Origin: Paraspadella gotoi
Taxonomy: Eukaryota > Animalia > Chaetognatha
Assembly (NCBI GenBank): GCA_051294375.1
Contig: CM119267.1
Coordinates: 9,470,863 to 9,534,862 of the forward strand
Direction of reading: 5' to 3'
DNA: 64,000 nt
This document shows positions 11,625-42,275 of this stretch, in pieces. Under the pieces are notes generated by a model. That model was not told the DNA's origin and did not search any database. It saw only the letters and a list, made by a program, of their open reading frames with translations. Position numbers and translations under genes: made by a program. The stretch's first letter is position 1. Each line of letters begins with the position of its first letter.

Positions 11625-13062
11625 ATGTCCGCATCTCGCGTCCCCGAGCAACTTGGCGCGCAATCCAGCGTGGCGCTCGGAATCAATTCTGTTCCCCAGC
11701 AAGTCTCGTATTACGCTCCCGTTCCGATCGGAATGGCACCTCAACAGGTGTCCTACCAGAATAACGGCATCGCTCAAAGCATGTTGTTGGCGTCGGCCTC
11801 TACCGGTGCATCGGACCCGCGTTCCACGGACGGCCATGTTACGCAAGGCGGAACCTGTTTTCCGAAGCGCATCTTCGTCGGCGGTTTTCCTGCCCAGACG
11901 ACGGAAGCAGAGCTCAAGCATTATTTTTCCCAGCATGGTTCCGTCACTGAGACCAAAATAATCCAAGATCGCGCTGGTGTTTCCAAGGGCTACGGGTTTG
12001 CCACCTTCGAAACCGCTGAAGAGGTCAATTCTATTCTCGCCAAAAGTCAGAAAGAGCCGTTTATTTTTAAAGACAGGAAGTTGAATCTTGGACCCGCCAT
12101 TCGCAAGAATACTGCTCCTACTGCCGCGACGGGGCAAATCCTTATGTACGCGCCAAACACTGTTCCGATCAACAATGAGGCCGGACAGACTGTCTTTATG
12201 ACCGGTATATAGGCGATTGATGTTTTCGATGATGTTACTTCGTTTTTACCTTTTTGTCATTTAAACACTGTCAGCACCCACGACTATGCAGTTGGCGGAT
12301 GGGGCATTCAGCCCTTATCCTACGGTTCCGCTTGTAGCAACAGCTGGGGCTCCCGCCTTTTATTTGCCTCAGCAATTGTGCTACATGCCGCAGCAGCAAG
12401 TGGCTAGTGTCAATGCTATTCAAGTTCCTCAAACTATTCAGGTAATCGTACTCTCCTTTTAGTTTTGTTTAGCCCTCACTTTTGAGAAGTCTTCTGTGAT
12501 TAAAGTTAATTTATTTGCGCCCACTTTTCCGTCATATTAGGCTTCTACTCAGCAAACGTCGTACCATTTTCGAAGCACGCCTCAGAGCCCTCCTACTCCT
12601 GGCGGGTGCCCAATAACTCCAGTCAGTTGTCATTTCACGCCCGGGGCGCCGTCTTCAACCTCCGACTTCTACAGCGGAGACTTCGATTCGAACCAAAATG
12701 AAGAAACCAATAGCTCAACTTGGGGAACCTTTTCCTGGGGATCGCAGATGACCTATCCCTCGACGGAAGTCGGCGGCGTTAACCTTGCCCGCGAGCTGGA
12801 TGCCGCAGCTGATCCATTTACTATTCCCGATCCTCCAATCTCTTCCTCGACCCACGATCCTAAACCGGAAGTAAAGCTCAGCGCGACGGTCAAAAGTGGC
12901 GGCAGCGGGTACGTTAGTTCCGCCTCCAGCAACGCTAGTCTCTATGGGAACAACAACACCAACAATAATAATACCAACGGCAATGATGAAGCTTTGGTCG
13001 GGTATCAAAAGTCGGGGGCTCTCGCTGGAGGTATCTCGACGGCGGATTGGAGCTCTTTTTAA
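11625..13062 (+). CDS. boule: Boule (DAZ-family RRM protein); join(11625..12204,12275..12441,12541..13062)
   Basis: RRM with DAZ/Boule signature PKRIFVGG...KIIQDRAGVSKGYGFATFET...RKLNLGPAIRK, followed by a Y/P/Q-rich segment. Two GT-AG introns join in frame to the 12748..13062 ORF. Confidence 0.9.
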
Positions 13063-13274
13063 ATTATGAGGAAATTCCTAGAGCTGTCTTGAAAGAAATA
13101 GTAGTTAGTGTTAGCAGACTTTTTCGCCTATCCTAAGGAACCAGATTCGTTACATTTTTTTTTTTAATTTTGGGAACTAAGACGCGAACCATTCAGAACC
13201 AGATTACCTCAGCTTAACCGGATGAATCGGAAGTTATCGGATCCTGGTCCCGACACAGTAGGAGTTTCCTCATA

Positions 13275-13826
13275 ATGGAAAATTTATGGGCAGCTGTTAG
13301 TCAAGAATCATCCTCGGAACCATCTACCGATCTCCCAAATGAGTTAATACCCGCCAATTGTCCATTGCTCGTAGAACCAAAATTGGCCCAACCCCTATAC
13401 CGACGACGATCTGATGATTTTCAAGGATCCGATTTTTCCAAAAGACCTCGTGATGAAGAACATAACCAATCCTTAGTCCCCAAGAGCTTAAACGATTTTT
13501 CTGCCCCAATTAAAGAACAAAGTCTCGAGACAGATCCTATTCACCGCCCTAATAAAAGGTTAAAAACCGACTCTTGCTTGGATGAACAACCGATTATTGA
13601 TGCCGATTCAGTGTGTTTAGGAACAAGCTTAGTACCGTTTTATCCGACAGTCTACGGCGACTTCATCGACTATTCCTCGTGCCCTTACGTAACGATGATT
13701 CCAATGATACCGAATCAATTCCCTATTAGTTCGTCCGCAAGTGATTTATGTACAACTGTAAATATTGAAAAAAGTCACGATGAAATTCTTGAAGCCACCG
13801 AATCTGAATCTTTACTCGTACCTTAG
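13275..13826 (+). CDS. Uncharacterised 183-aa ORF (orphan gene or alternative boule 3' exon)
   Basis: ATG-to-TAG ORF of 552 nt in AT-rich surroundings. Acidic/Ser-Pro-rich with basic clusters KRPR and KRLK. No family recognised. Confidence 0.5.
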   Translation: MENLWAAVSQESSSEPSTDLPNELIPANCPLLVEPKLAQPLYRRRSDDFQGSDFSKRPRDEEHNQSLVPKSLNDFSAPIKEQSLETDPIHRPNKRLKTDSCLDEQPIIDADSVCLGTSLVPFYPTVYGDFIDYSSCPYVTMIPMIPNQFPISSSASDLCTTVNIEKSHDEILEATESESLLVP

Positions 13827-15182
13827 GTTACTTAGGTTGAGTTTCCTTTGAAATCATGTCCAGAGATACTACAGATGTTTGCGGGTAGCAATTTAGAAAT
13901 TTTATTATTATCGTTTGTGTCACGTTTCGATTTGAGTGTGATAATGAATTTGTTTATGGTGCATTTCACCAAAGCCCATTAAAAGGATTTATAATTGGGC
14001 GTTTTAAGATTTGACACACCTTCAACCTACTTAGTACTTTTTTGTCACGTTAACCACTCAGTTTGTTGGTTTTCCTTTCTTGGAGATAAGAAAAAAAAAT
14101 TAGTTGAAGACGGCAGGGAGATCTTTTGTTTTCGGAGTTTGGTTAATTTTTTTAGGAAGCTTTAAAATTTAAATTGAAAATTGGCACTTCATCTGACGAC
14201 AAGTCAACGTGAAAAAGAATAATAAGTGGCTCATAGTACTAGAATTTTTCTCTTCTTTAGAGTCTAGAAATTAATTAGTTATTTATTCTTTCATTACAAG
14301 GTTCAATTTCATTCGAGCTTAATTTTCTATATAATAAATATTTAGAAAACACAATTCAAAAAAGTCTTATCTTAAATTAGTGTAAGTGTTTACCAATTTT
14401 CTTAAAGTATAAATTTAAACCATTTAAACTATTGTAAGACTTTTTAAATTTATATTTAAAATTTAATCATTTTAGGCGCCAACCATTTTTTTAGTTAACG
14501 ATTGGTGTGCTAATCAATATCTTGAGTAAATTCAGAAGTAATTTTTTTTTTAAGTTTTAACTGGCACGCTTCAAATTTCAATTTTGTTCACCATCTTTTA
14601 AAACTGAGGATGGAATTTTTTTTATTTTTGCGTCGGCTGGTTTTATTAATTGTAAATAGTTAAAAAACAAAATTCGAGCAATTGAACCACCAAACCGCCT
14701 ACCTCCAAAGAAAAACAGTTATGTATGATTTTACGCCTTTCACGAAGTGATTTTCGTGAAATTGTTTAAAACTTAAACAATTTTTTCAAAGCTTTTTAAG
14801 GACATGTTTCTTTTTATATTTTTCGCGTCGTTAGTTTAATGAGTTCCAACGTTTGAATTAAAGCGAGTTCTTTGTTTCGTTAGCCGAGTTTATGCGCTTG
14901 TAAACTCGTATACCAAATTCAGATTTTTTTTCGCCTGACGAGTTTATCCTTAGGTGGCGTATCTTTGTTATTCAAGTTTCAGAAATATTCTGATTTCTAC
15001 GTGCCATCCTCTTTGCCAATGTTTATACATAAATTTATGTAAATTTTAGCCGTAGATAAAAGTAGGAAAGCTTAATTGTATGAGATTACATGTAGATAGC
15101 TATTTTATCAATTGCTCTTTTGAATATAGAATCAGAGAATTAAATATTTAAGATCCGAAGACTTTTGCCCAAAAAATTCCCA

Positions 15183-19924
<4,742 letters not shown>

Positions 19925-21185
19925 TCATATTTTTGTTCCGTATTAGTCCGTTCATGTTGTTCCCGGTATTTTATTTTACTTCATAGTTGCTCATAATCTC
20001 TATTTTTATTACTTCAAGTGAAGATTCAAGTAATCCTATTTTAGGACAAGTAGAATTGAGGTATTAAATACCAACGGGGCAATTATGACGTCTCAGAGTT
20101 TTGACCGACCGGCAAGTTTTAGAACTTATTAAATTTTAATTAAAACGATCCAGTTTGTAGAATTCATCATTTGTTAGATTTACTATTTGCAAATTGAATA
20201 TATAATTATATATTATATATCCTTCATATTTTCATCAGAATTATGATGCTTCTAAGGCTTTGTTTTAAGATTGCCGGATTGTTCATTTCTTGCAATATCA
20301 TTTCTTCATTTGGAGGAAGAGGGCCACAGATTGGCTTCTTTTGTTTTAGAATTTCGAGTTTTTGTTTATTTAATTAAAGGAAAGTTCCTTTTTTGTTTTC
20401 TAAAAGATTTTTCCGAGTTTTCTCTTTTTAGTCACACCGGGTTCTAATAATCCGTAACAGTATTCGAGAATTCCTTAATAGTAAAAATGAAAAATCATCC
20501 CCATCTTCTTACAGCAGAATTTGTCGGTCCCACCCCAACATCTTTTCGGTAAGTTACTGAGATCATGTCAGAACATCGAATTAAGATGTATTATGCAAAA
20601 AAATCAATGTGCGTCTTTGCTTGTCCATCCATCCGTCTGTCCCTTCTTAGCTTTAAACGCCAATTACTATTTAGTGGAGTGGGCGATTTATTTGAAATTT
20701 TGTGCATGTGTAAAGTGTGTGAATGAGCTGGTAATAAGTTTCGATGGAATCGTCCAAGTGGAAATGAGTTTAAAACGGAAAAAAAAAGTTTTACTATTTG
20801 ATTATGCTTTTTTTAATATAAAAAAAGCAAATGTAAGCTGAATTGATATAAAAATATAAGATCAAAATTAATTAATTAATTAATTAATTATTTAAATAAT
20901 TATCTGATCAGCTGCTTACAGCTTATGGATCGTTGGCAGATCTGGCATTGTTTGCTAAAACTTGTTAAACTTCCTTGCTTCCTTCCTTTCTTACTGTAAG
21001 GGAGTGGATAGGGTTCCTTAAAATTTTTATCACGTTAGTATCCTCTCGATTTCTTGTTTATTCATCTATTTTATTTAAACAAATTGAAAAAAAAACATTT
21101 TTTCATAACCCGGCTGGTTAGAACATACATTATTCCTGACGGTTTGTATTTTTTTTTTGATACTTTATTTGTAGTTCAAAAAATC

Positions 21186-22032
21186 ATGAAATCAAAGAAA
21201 CTGTGTGAAAAACAATTACTTCTCAATTTTTTATATTTTTCGCTCATTTGCAATTGCGGAGTCTGCCTTGCCGATTCTAGCCCATCCGACAGGATCTTGA
21301 CGAAACTGGCCGACGAGGGCGCTGCAGCAGTCGTCGAAGCAGTCATCACCGAGGGACTCCAAGCCTTTACGTCGAGCGTCATCGAAAAGGGAGTCAAATT
21401 CGTCCAAAACAATGAACAGGCAAAAGATTATCTTAAAACTGGACTAGACATTGTTAAGGCCCTCGATCTCGACCAAGCCGCCGTCGACGACTGTCATTTC
21501 TCGTGTCCATCAAAACCCGAAGGGATTCCCGGTACACTTTATAATTTTTATCAATTAATAAACAAAAGTTTAAAAATAAAATAACAAAAGAATTGACATT
21601 TATTAAATATTGAAGGACACATACCATCAAAATACTGTTATTAATGTGCGACTACGCTATTTACAATTTAGTTTCGCCTCAGGTCGTATGTTTCGAAATA
21701 TCCACCATCGTCCTTCCTCTAACGGTTGCGGGAGCTACGGTATACACTTTGACGACCCCGATCTTCCCGCCGTCACTTCCTGCTGCGACGCCCACGATTT
21801 TTGTTATGACGAATGCGGTCACAAAAAGTTGGAGTGCGACGCCCGATTCAGTCATTGTTTGAGCGAGGCCTGCGAGAAGGAGCCGGCATCTGTTTCGACC
21901 GGACTCGAAAAAGGCGAGAGGCGTCCTCGCGAAGACTGTGCACTACTCGTAGAAGGACTCCAGTTGGCCGTTGCGTCGCTCGGTTGTCAGTCCTTCCTTA
22001 ATGCTCAAAAAGAGGCCTGCGTTTGCGTTTGA
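21186..22032 (+). CDS. PLA2G12: Group XII secretory phospholipase A2; join(21186..21531,21683..22032)
   Basis: Signal-peptide-like N terminus; CHFSCP; Ca-loop NGCGSYG; catalytic CCDAHDFCYDECG; CDARFSHCL; LGCQSFLNAQKEACVC. Confidence 0.88.
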
Positions 22033-22217
22033 CATGTTTGTGCGATTTATTTTTTAATGGTTTCTTGCTGCTATATTTATTTGTTATTACAATTATATAT
22101 ATTATTATTATGAATGTATGTAATGTTTTTACCCGATGTGATATTGAGAAAGACAGGCGATTCAAAATCATCACGTTAGTTATTTATTTACCTCAGCAGT
22201 AAAAGAGTTTCTTGGTC

Positions 22218-23060
22218 ATGATGTCCACAAAAACAAAGATTAGTCGGCCGACTGCCACCGCTCGTCCGCCCTCTATCGTAGTTAGGGTTGAGAGCGTAAC
22301 GTCGGTGTTCGTCGTCCGGCAACGCCTCGATCTGACGGAGGTCGCCCGCCTTTGCATCAACGCAGAGCTCCGTCACAATTGTGTCGAGATCCGATTGAAA
22401 AAGCCTCGAGTAACGGCTCATCTCTTCGTTAAAGGCAGCGTTAACGTTATGGGCGCCTCGAGCGAAGATGATTCCCGGACGGGCGCCAGGAGGATCGCCC
22501 GCATGCTGCAGCGTGTCGGCATTCAATACGTTCGCTTCCGACGTTTTCGCGTTGTCAATATCAATTCCACCTGCAGGTTGCCTTTCGCCGTCAGTCTCGA
22601 AAAGTTTTATCGTCTGTACCGCGAAAAACACCCGAAAGACATCGAATTTTTTCCCGAATTGGCCAACTATGTCAAGGTCACGACCGAGGGGGCCAAGCTG
22701 CATATTCACTCCACGGGAACCGTTCAGATCTTCTCCGCTTCCACGAGCGCCATCTCCTCCGAGTTGCGGACGATCTTCCCCTTGCTGCTCGGTGCTAAGG
22801 CGTCGACGAGCGCTCCAACGCCGACGAATCCTGTCATCAAGCGAGCGAAGGAGGACGACAGCGACGACAGCGACGATGAGCCTGACGAGAGTAAACGTGA
22901 AGATCGTCGACGTATTTTGAATGAAGCCGTCGCGAGGTTTGCTCAACTTGGTCCGGACGCATTTTCTAGCGACGAAGACGACGAAGAAAATGAAGCCGAG
23001 GATTCACGCCTCTTGGATAAAAACGCGAATTACGTCGGATACTTGGACAGCGACGATTAG
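22218..23060 (+). CDS. Divergent TBP-related factor (TRF2/TBPL1-like), intronless, with acidic C-terminal tail
   Basis: Two TBP-fold repeats with TRF2-like GARRIARMLQRVG..RFRRFRVVNINSTCRLPF, FPEL and LHIHSTGTV. First ATG at 22218. Confidence 0.8.
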   Translation: MMSTKTKISRPTATARPPSIVVRVESVTSVFVVRQRLDLTEVARLCINAELRHNCVEIRLKKPRVTAHLFVKGSVNVMGASSEDDSRTGARRIARMLQRVGIQYVRFRRFRVVNINSTCRLPFAVSLEKFYRLYREKHPKDIEFFPELANYVKVTTEGAKLHIHSTGTVQIFSASTSAISSELRTIFPLLLGAKASTSAPTPTNPVIKRAKEDDSDDSDDEPDESKREDRRRILNEAVARFAQLGPDAFSSDEDDEENEAEDSRLLDKNANYVGYLDSDD

Positions 23061-24756
23061 GCGTCTCGCCGCGTCCACCATCGAGTTTCATGATTTTTAT
23101 ATCTTTCGTGTTTCATTTAGTTTTGATAGCTTAGCATATACATAGGGTATGCGAATTCTTTACCTGTTATTGATCAATTGATGGCGAAATCAAGTTGGGT
23201 AATTGGTAAAATTTATATAATTTGGAACAATTTCCCCTTATAAAGTAGGTGCTTCATTCGCATAAAAATAAATCGTATCCCGACTTGTTTCGCGAATCTT
23301 AACCTTGTCCTTTTGATACGTATTTCATACGAGTTTAAATACAAGTTTACGATGCTGTTTTGTTTGACTTTGGTTATTGCAGATAACGTGTGTCGCTTTT
23401 GTCGTGCGTGGGATGATCTTGCAGTATTCCAGCAGTAGCTTACCATGGATAAAGGCAATTCTGAATCATAGCCTGAAGAGATCTCTTTTTGTTGCAGGTG
23501 AGCGAATTATCATATTAACTAAATTCTAGATTTTCTTGTCAATAGGTAATGCTGTAACATTACTGTTAACGCCTGTTAAACTTTGAACATGCATAGGTTA
23601 TTCGTAAACGTAATTATTTTGTTAAAATAAATCTTAAATATTTATTTTGTAAGAAACCAATACTATGAATAAATTTAGATAAAAACAAAGGTTTTTATTT
23701 TCTTCTTCCTTTCTATTTATCTACATTCTTTAGTTGTCTCCAATGTTCATTTCTATTGTAAAACTGTTTTTGTTCCGAAAAGTGTAGCTCAAGAATTTTT
23801 AATTCTACTTCTATGTTCTCATTTTTATATATAAAAAAAAGAAGAAAATCACCGAAACAAATTGATAGCGGTGATTGACTTTGCCCTTAATTTTCCCTGA
23901 TTCTGCGGGCTGTTCCTTTTTCGGAAAAATCGTCAATAAACGTTATCATTATTCAGGGTTTTTTTCATTATCCATTGTGAATTTAGGAACGACGCATATT
24001 GGTTCGATTAGACTCATCCATCATTCATCATCAAGTGTTGGATCTCGAGAATATTTTTTCGAAGATTTTGTTTACCCGGCTTTTTCGATGTCGATTTTTG
24101 GCGATTTCTTTAAAACTCTCGATCATTACTTTTCTATCATCCTTTCAAGGAGTAAGAGTTTTATCCTTCGCCAAACCCAATTTTTCTGCAATGTGTTCCC
24201 TCTTCCCTTCATTGTCTTTTAAATTTACTTGTCTACTATGAGAAAAAAATTTCAATTATGTGTAGTATTATGAGGTAGAGTAGGTTTATATTTTTTTGAT
24301 TTATATTTATTAAAACAATGCTATGGTTTGATAGTAGTTTTAATTTACGGTTATCCAAGACTTCTGTACGGGATAAGCCTCTCGATCCGCTCATTCGCTT
24401 AAAGATAGTCGTGGCTCAACCCCCATCCGCTATCCGACGTCGATGTTTTTCAGTTTAAAACTTCTGCTTTAATCTCTGTGAGAAGGATCGACTGTATATC
24501 CCTGACCAGTTTACCTTCAACTCGCTATGATTTGAACACAGCCTCAAAAAAAAATATAAGCCGCGACCAACTTTTTGTGCCACGTGATTTGTCCCTCATT
24601 GGATGGCGACTTCATGAACTAAAAAGTTTCTTTCATCCCACACTATTTTGGTTTACAGGTCGATAACCCTTCGCCTATTTCGGCGAAGTAACCACAAAGT
24701 ATTCCACCAAACACTTCCTTCGGACTTTCTCGGCCGATCCGCGCGAAATTTTCATC

Positions 24757-38289
<13,533 letters not shown>

Positions 38290-39445
38290 CTCCGGTTTTC
38301 ATTTGTATTAGGAACAATTTGTCTTTGTCCTATTTAGGTTTTAGTCTGGAAAAAAGCGCACAAGGTGTTTTATTTATTTACTATTTTTTTATACTCCTCT
38401 TTGGTGAATAGGGTTTCCAATTTTTTTCCTGCCTCAAAATATTTAAACTCATGTAATAAGTTGGTTGCTTTCCCTCAAATTTTATTTCAACTATTCGTTC
38501 TTATTTATTGTCCTAGTAGCTTATACGAAATTGCAAAGAGCGCTTATCAACGAATGCTTTTACACTTGGGATAACCCCAATAGGCCCATCCTTCCCTCTT
38601 TTCTTTTTAAAAATTCTTTCATTTTCCACCTTCAGTAAGTGAGATAAATTTACAAGAAGCTGCTTTTTTTTTAAATCTTTTTGATTGTCTTCCTTTGATT
38701 TTAATAATTTGTTTATGCGGAAAGCATCCAACTATAATGCACAAATTATATAAACTACTGGTTTATTCCTTTGTAACTGGATGTAATATTTAAAAATCTA
38801 TTGCAATAACGTACAAGGTTTGGAGGAATAGACCAGTGTATTTGGGAATTGGCGTATAATGACCCACTGGTATCAACCAAAGAAGTGAAATTAGTTCCTA
38901 ATTCTAAGGTGATTACCTATTGTTGACTATATCAAAATTGTACATAAGTAACGCCATCTAAATTATTTTTAACCGCTATGTCCTTGGATTTATTTACAAT
39001 CATGTAATTTTTTTTTCAATTAAAACTAATGAGTAATGTTGCGAGATTTTAGTATTTTAACATTATAAACAGTAATTTATAGGGCCAATGCATTAGTGTT
39101 CCTCGGTATTGTTTTATTTTAGTTATGTTTAATTGTGCAATTTGTTCTAAGTTCCGTTAAACCGAATATTGAAGAATGATTTTTGTATGGTTTAAATACA
39201 CAAGCTTTTATATTCTCGTTTAGCTTTAGTCAAAGAGATGAATATTTGAAATTCTCTACGCTACAACTTCGAGCATCTTTATCTTAGTAACACTAACAGG
39301 AGTCACGAGAGATTTGGAAAAACTGGAATTCAGTCAACAATTTTTGTAACAATATGTAAACACGCAAAGCAATAAGTATATTTTGAAAAAAATTAAAACG
39401 CTAAGTTTTTAGGAATGATTGTTCGGTATTCATTAAATGTTTCTG

Positions 39446-42275
39446 TTACTGTTCGGCTTTTATTTTGTTTTCGTAATCGCGCCCATGACGGTAAAGGCTC
39501 TGCACATAAGTGAAGACGCATTTCCAATCAGGCTTATCCTTCATTGCCAACATGTCGTCCACTTCCAGAAGCGGCATGGCTCCGATTGTTTCATCGGCGA
39601 CGCGAAATGCTATCTGTTTCCAAGAGGTTTAAAGTGAGAATTTTCACTTTTTTCATCCATTATGATTATGATTCTCGTGGAGGTGGTCGTGTTCGCCACT
39701 TCCTTTTCAGCCTTCAAAATTGTTTAAAAACCACTTCTTATTATCCACGGGGTTCTAAAGCCTTAATTATTCATAGAGAAATTTTGCATTATTTCTTCAA
39801 GTAATGCTAATATGTTTAAAACGCCTAAAATTCAAAGAAAAGTTGACCCGATTTTTTATTTAACTTGACATAATTTGACGAACCTCTAGGTTTTCGCGCC
39901 GATTCTTTGGGTCCAACTTGTGGAAGTCGAAAGCGTCGGAGGAGTAGTGATGGGCGATGGCGGCGAAAGCCATCCCATCGGCCCAAGACGACGAAAAGTT
40001 TCGAATGTCGACGTGGGGATAGCCTCTCGTTTTTTGCTGGCACCATGCTAGCAGGGTAGCCTTGATTTGAACAGCTGAGGAGGCCGCAGACGCTGGAGAA
40101 AACGACTGAGATCGAGACACGGCCGAGTCTTGATAAAAAACAAGAAAAATAATCACGTGATTCATCAGCCTATTTCACTTTCCGTATGAGGTTTTTACTA
40201 GTGCAAAAGCTGCTCACCGTTAGATTTCTTGTCAACTTCTTCGAAGCGCCGCTTCGCATCAGCGACGCTCGTAGGCTGAACGCGACTATTTCGTCTAAAC
40301 TCTGTGCCTATGCGGGATTAAATTGATGTCACCGATTGGTCACAACTACTAACTTGGTCGAAACAAAGTTCGGAAACTCCATTTTGGCCAATTTGTAAAT
40401 TTTCAATCGCTAAACTAAAGTTTTTTTTGGTCAATGAGACGTTCCTGAAAACATGGAAAAATCTTACCCGATTGTCTCGGTATCGTCCAGCTCCGTGAGG
40501 TTCTCCTCAGTGCGGGCGCATTAGGGTAACCTCTTCTTTCCTCTGTTAGCCCTTTTTCACCGTTTGACATGCTTTGAATCGTCGCTCTCAACCCTTTGTT
40601 TCCGGATTGCGGCGACAACAACAAAGTGGTGTTCGTCACTTGAGTTTTGGCGGGCTCCGAAATCCCACCTAGGGCTGGGGCGACGGAGTTTAGATTGGTC
40701 GGAGCCGCTTTGTCGTCGTCGACTCGCTCGTTTTCGTTTTGATTGCGTATTATCGTCTCTTTGGCTGGGAGCGACGTCGGGCTCCGACTCAAAGCCAAGA
40801 GAGATGAGGGGTGAAGGGACGGCGACGCCGATTTCCATGCGGCGCCTGAGTAACAGCAGTTCAAAACGTACAATATATGAAATGGGTACAACCAATATAA
40901 AATTATCCCTTCAAGTAATAAATAAGCTATCTTGCCCCTGACTTTGGTGGTTTTAGGCCTCCATCACTCTTACAAGACAATCACATTGTGTGTCTTGATT
41001 TAAAGCGCGCGGTATTGAAACAATGAGAATCTCACTCGCCTGTCAAACTCATGCGTCTAATATCCTGCATGCATTCCATCTGCCGCTCTCTGTCCTTTTT
41101 CGCCAACTCGATCTTCACTCTCATTTCCTCTTCTCGGCTTTCTTCAGCGATTGACTTTTGCTTGGTTAGTGACGCCTCAAAATTAAAAAAAAAGAAATTG
41201 GGTAATTGCCATTTCTGGCCTGTCCAAATGGCACTGATTAAAAAGCATCTGCAGCCAATTTTCGATGAGGCGATACCATTGCCAACTGAGCTTGTAAAGG
41301 GAACTATCACCGAAAATATATTGTTCGACGAACTTAACATGAAAAACTAAAATAGGGATACGAAAAATCAAAAAAGTAAAAGAAAAAAATAAAAAAATTG
41401 CAGCTTTCGCAATCAACAGAAATTCTTGAATTAAATGAACTTCGCTTTTAAAGAAGTATTTTAATCTCCGAAATACCTGGCTGATGGCTTGAATTTCTTG
41501 CTGTCTGAATTTCGTAGCACTGTCTCTTCTCTTCTTTAAAAATTCTTGGGATGTCGAGGCTGGATCCGGCCTTGTTTTCGAAAGCTCCTAAATCCCAAGG
41601 ACAGAAAATCGAAGAAAAAAAAATTTAAAAAAGAAATTTCCCCTTTTGTTATCGTCGATGGGGACAACTGACAACTACGGACAAAAAAAAGTCGCGTTTT
41701 TTTTTCAAACGGCAGTCTGCGCACCTGAATACGTTGCAGGCGTTCCTTCCTTTCCGACTCCCTCTCCCTCCTTCTCTTTGCACTCTCCTCTTCCCTCCTT
41801 CTTTCCCTCTCCTGTCTCTCCGCCTCTCTTTTCTCCCTGCCCGCGTCTTGAGATCGACGATCCGCTGACGAACGGCTTTCCGTTTTTCGTACGTTTCGGG
41901 TCTGACGGGAATCGAGGAATGTCAGTTAAGGAATTGACTAGTTATGTAAAGAGTTTTATTATTATTATTTTATATTTAATTTTCGGCCGCGATTTCAAAT
42001 ACGGTAGGTATTTTCTTTTTTTACCTCAAATTATGTAATGCAGAGAAAAAATAATTCCAAGCACAAAAATTTTATTTATTATTTTGAAAGTTTTTATGAT
42101 TATTTCCGTAGCTTTTAACTATATTTATATAATTTAAAAAATCGCGTAGACCTATGATCGGTGAGTTGCGAGAGCATTGACTGCAGCGCTTCGTCGTCCT
42201 CGCAGGTGGCGACATCTGGGAATAACGCAGCGTCGCCTGCGGCGGCGGCACTGGTTTTCGCGGCGACGTTCCCAG
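39446..42275 (-). CDS. Smoothelin-like protein with C-terminal type-2 CH domain (5' end not found)
   Basis: CH domain LLAWCQQKTRGYPHVDIRNFSSSWADGMAFAA..FDFHKLDPKNRRENLE|IAF..LLEVDDM..KPDWKCVFTYVQSLY, stop at 39446-39448. Smoothelin-type CEDDEALQSML..YEKRKAVRQRI upstream. Apparent frameshift in the GA-rich exon ~41725-41900. Confidence 0.75.

Noticed and set aside
14885-14960. Hairpin cgagttta/taaactcg and CTGACGA upstream of piwi as a ribozyme
   Set aside because: The remaining hammerhead core is absent, and a short hairpin can arise by chance.
23370-23505. Possible C/D snoRNA or hammerhead (ggatga...ctga; ctgaagag)
   Set aside because: No proper box C or terminal stem, and no GAAA/stem II. 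More likely a non-coding exon ending at cag|gtgagc, which I cannot support further.
41725-41900. Programmed frameshift or pseudogenisation of the smoothelin-like gene
   Set aside because: It lies in a low-complexity GA tract of an assembly with evident indel errors, and the other exons checked are intact.
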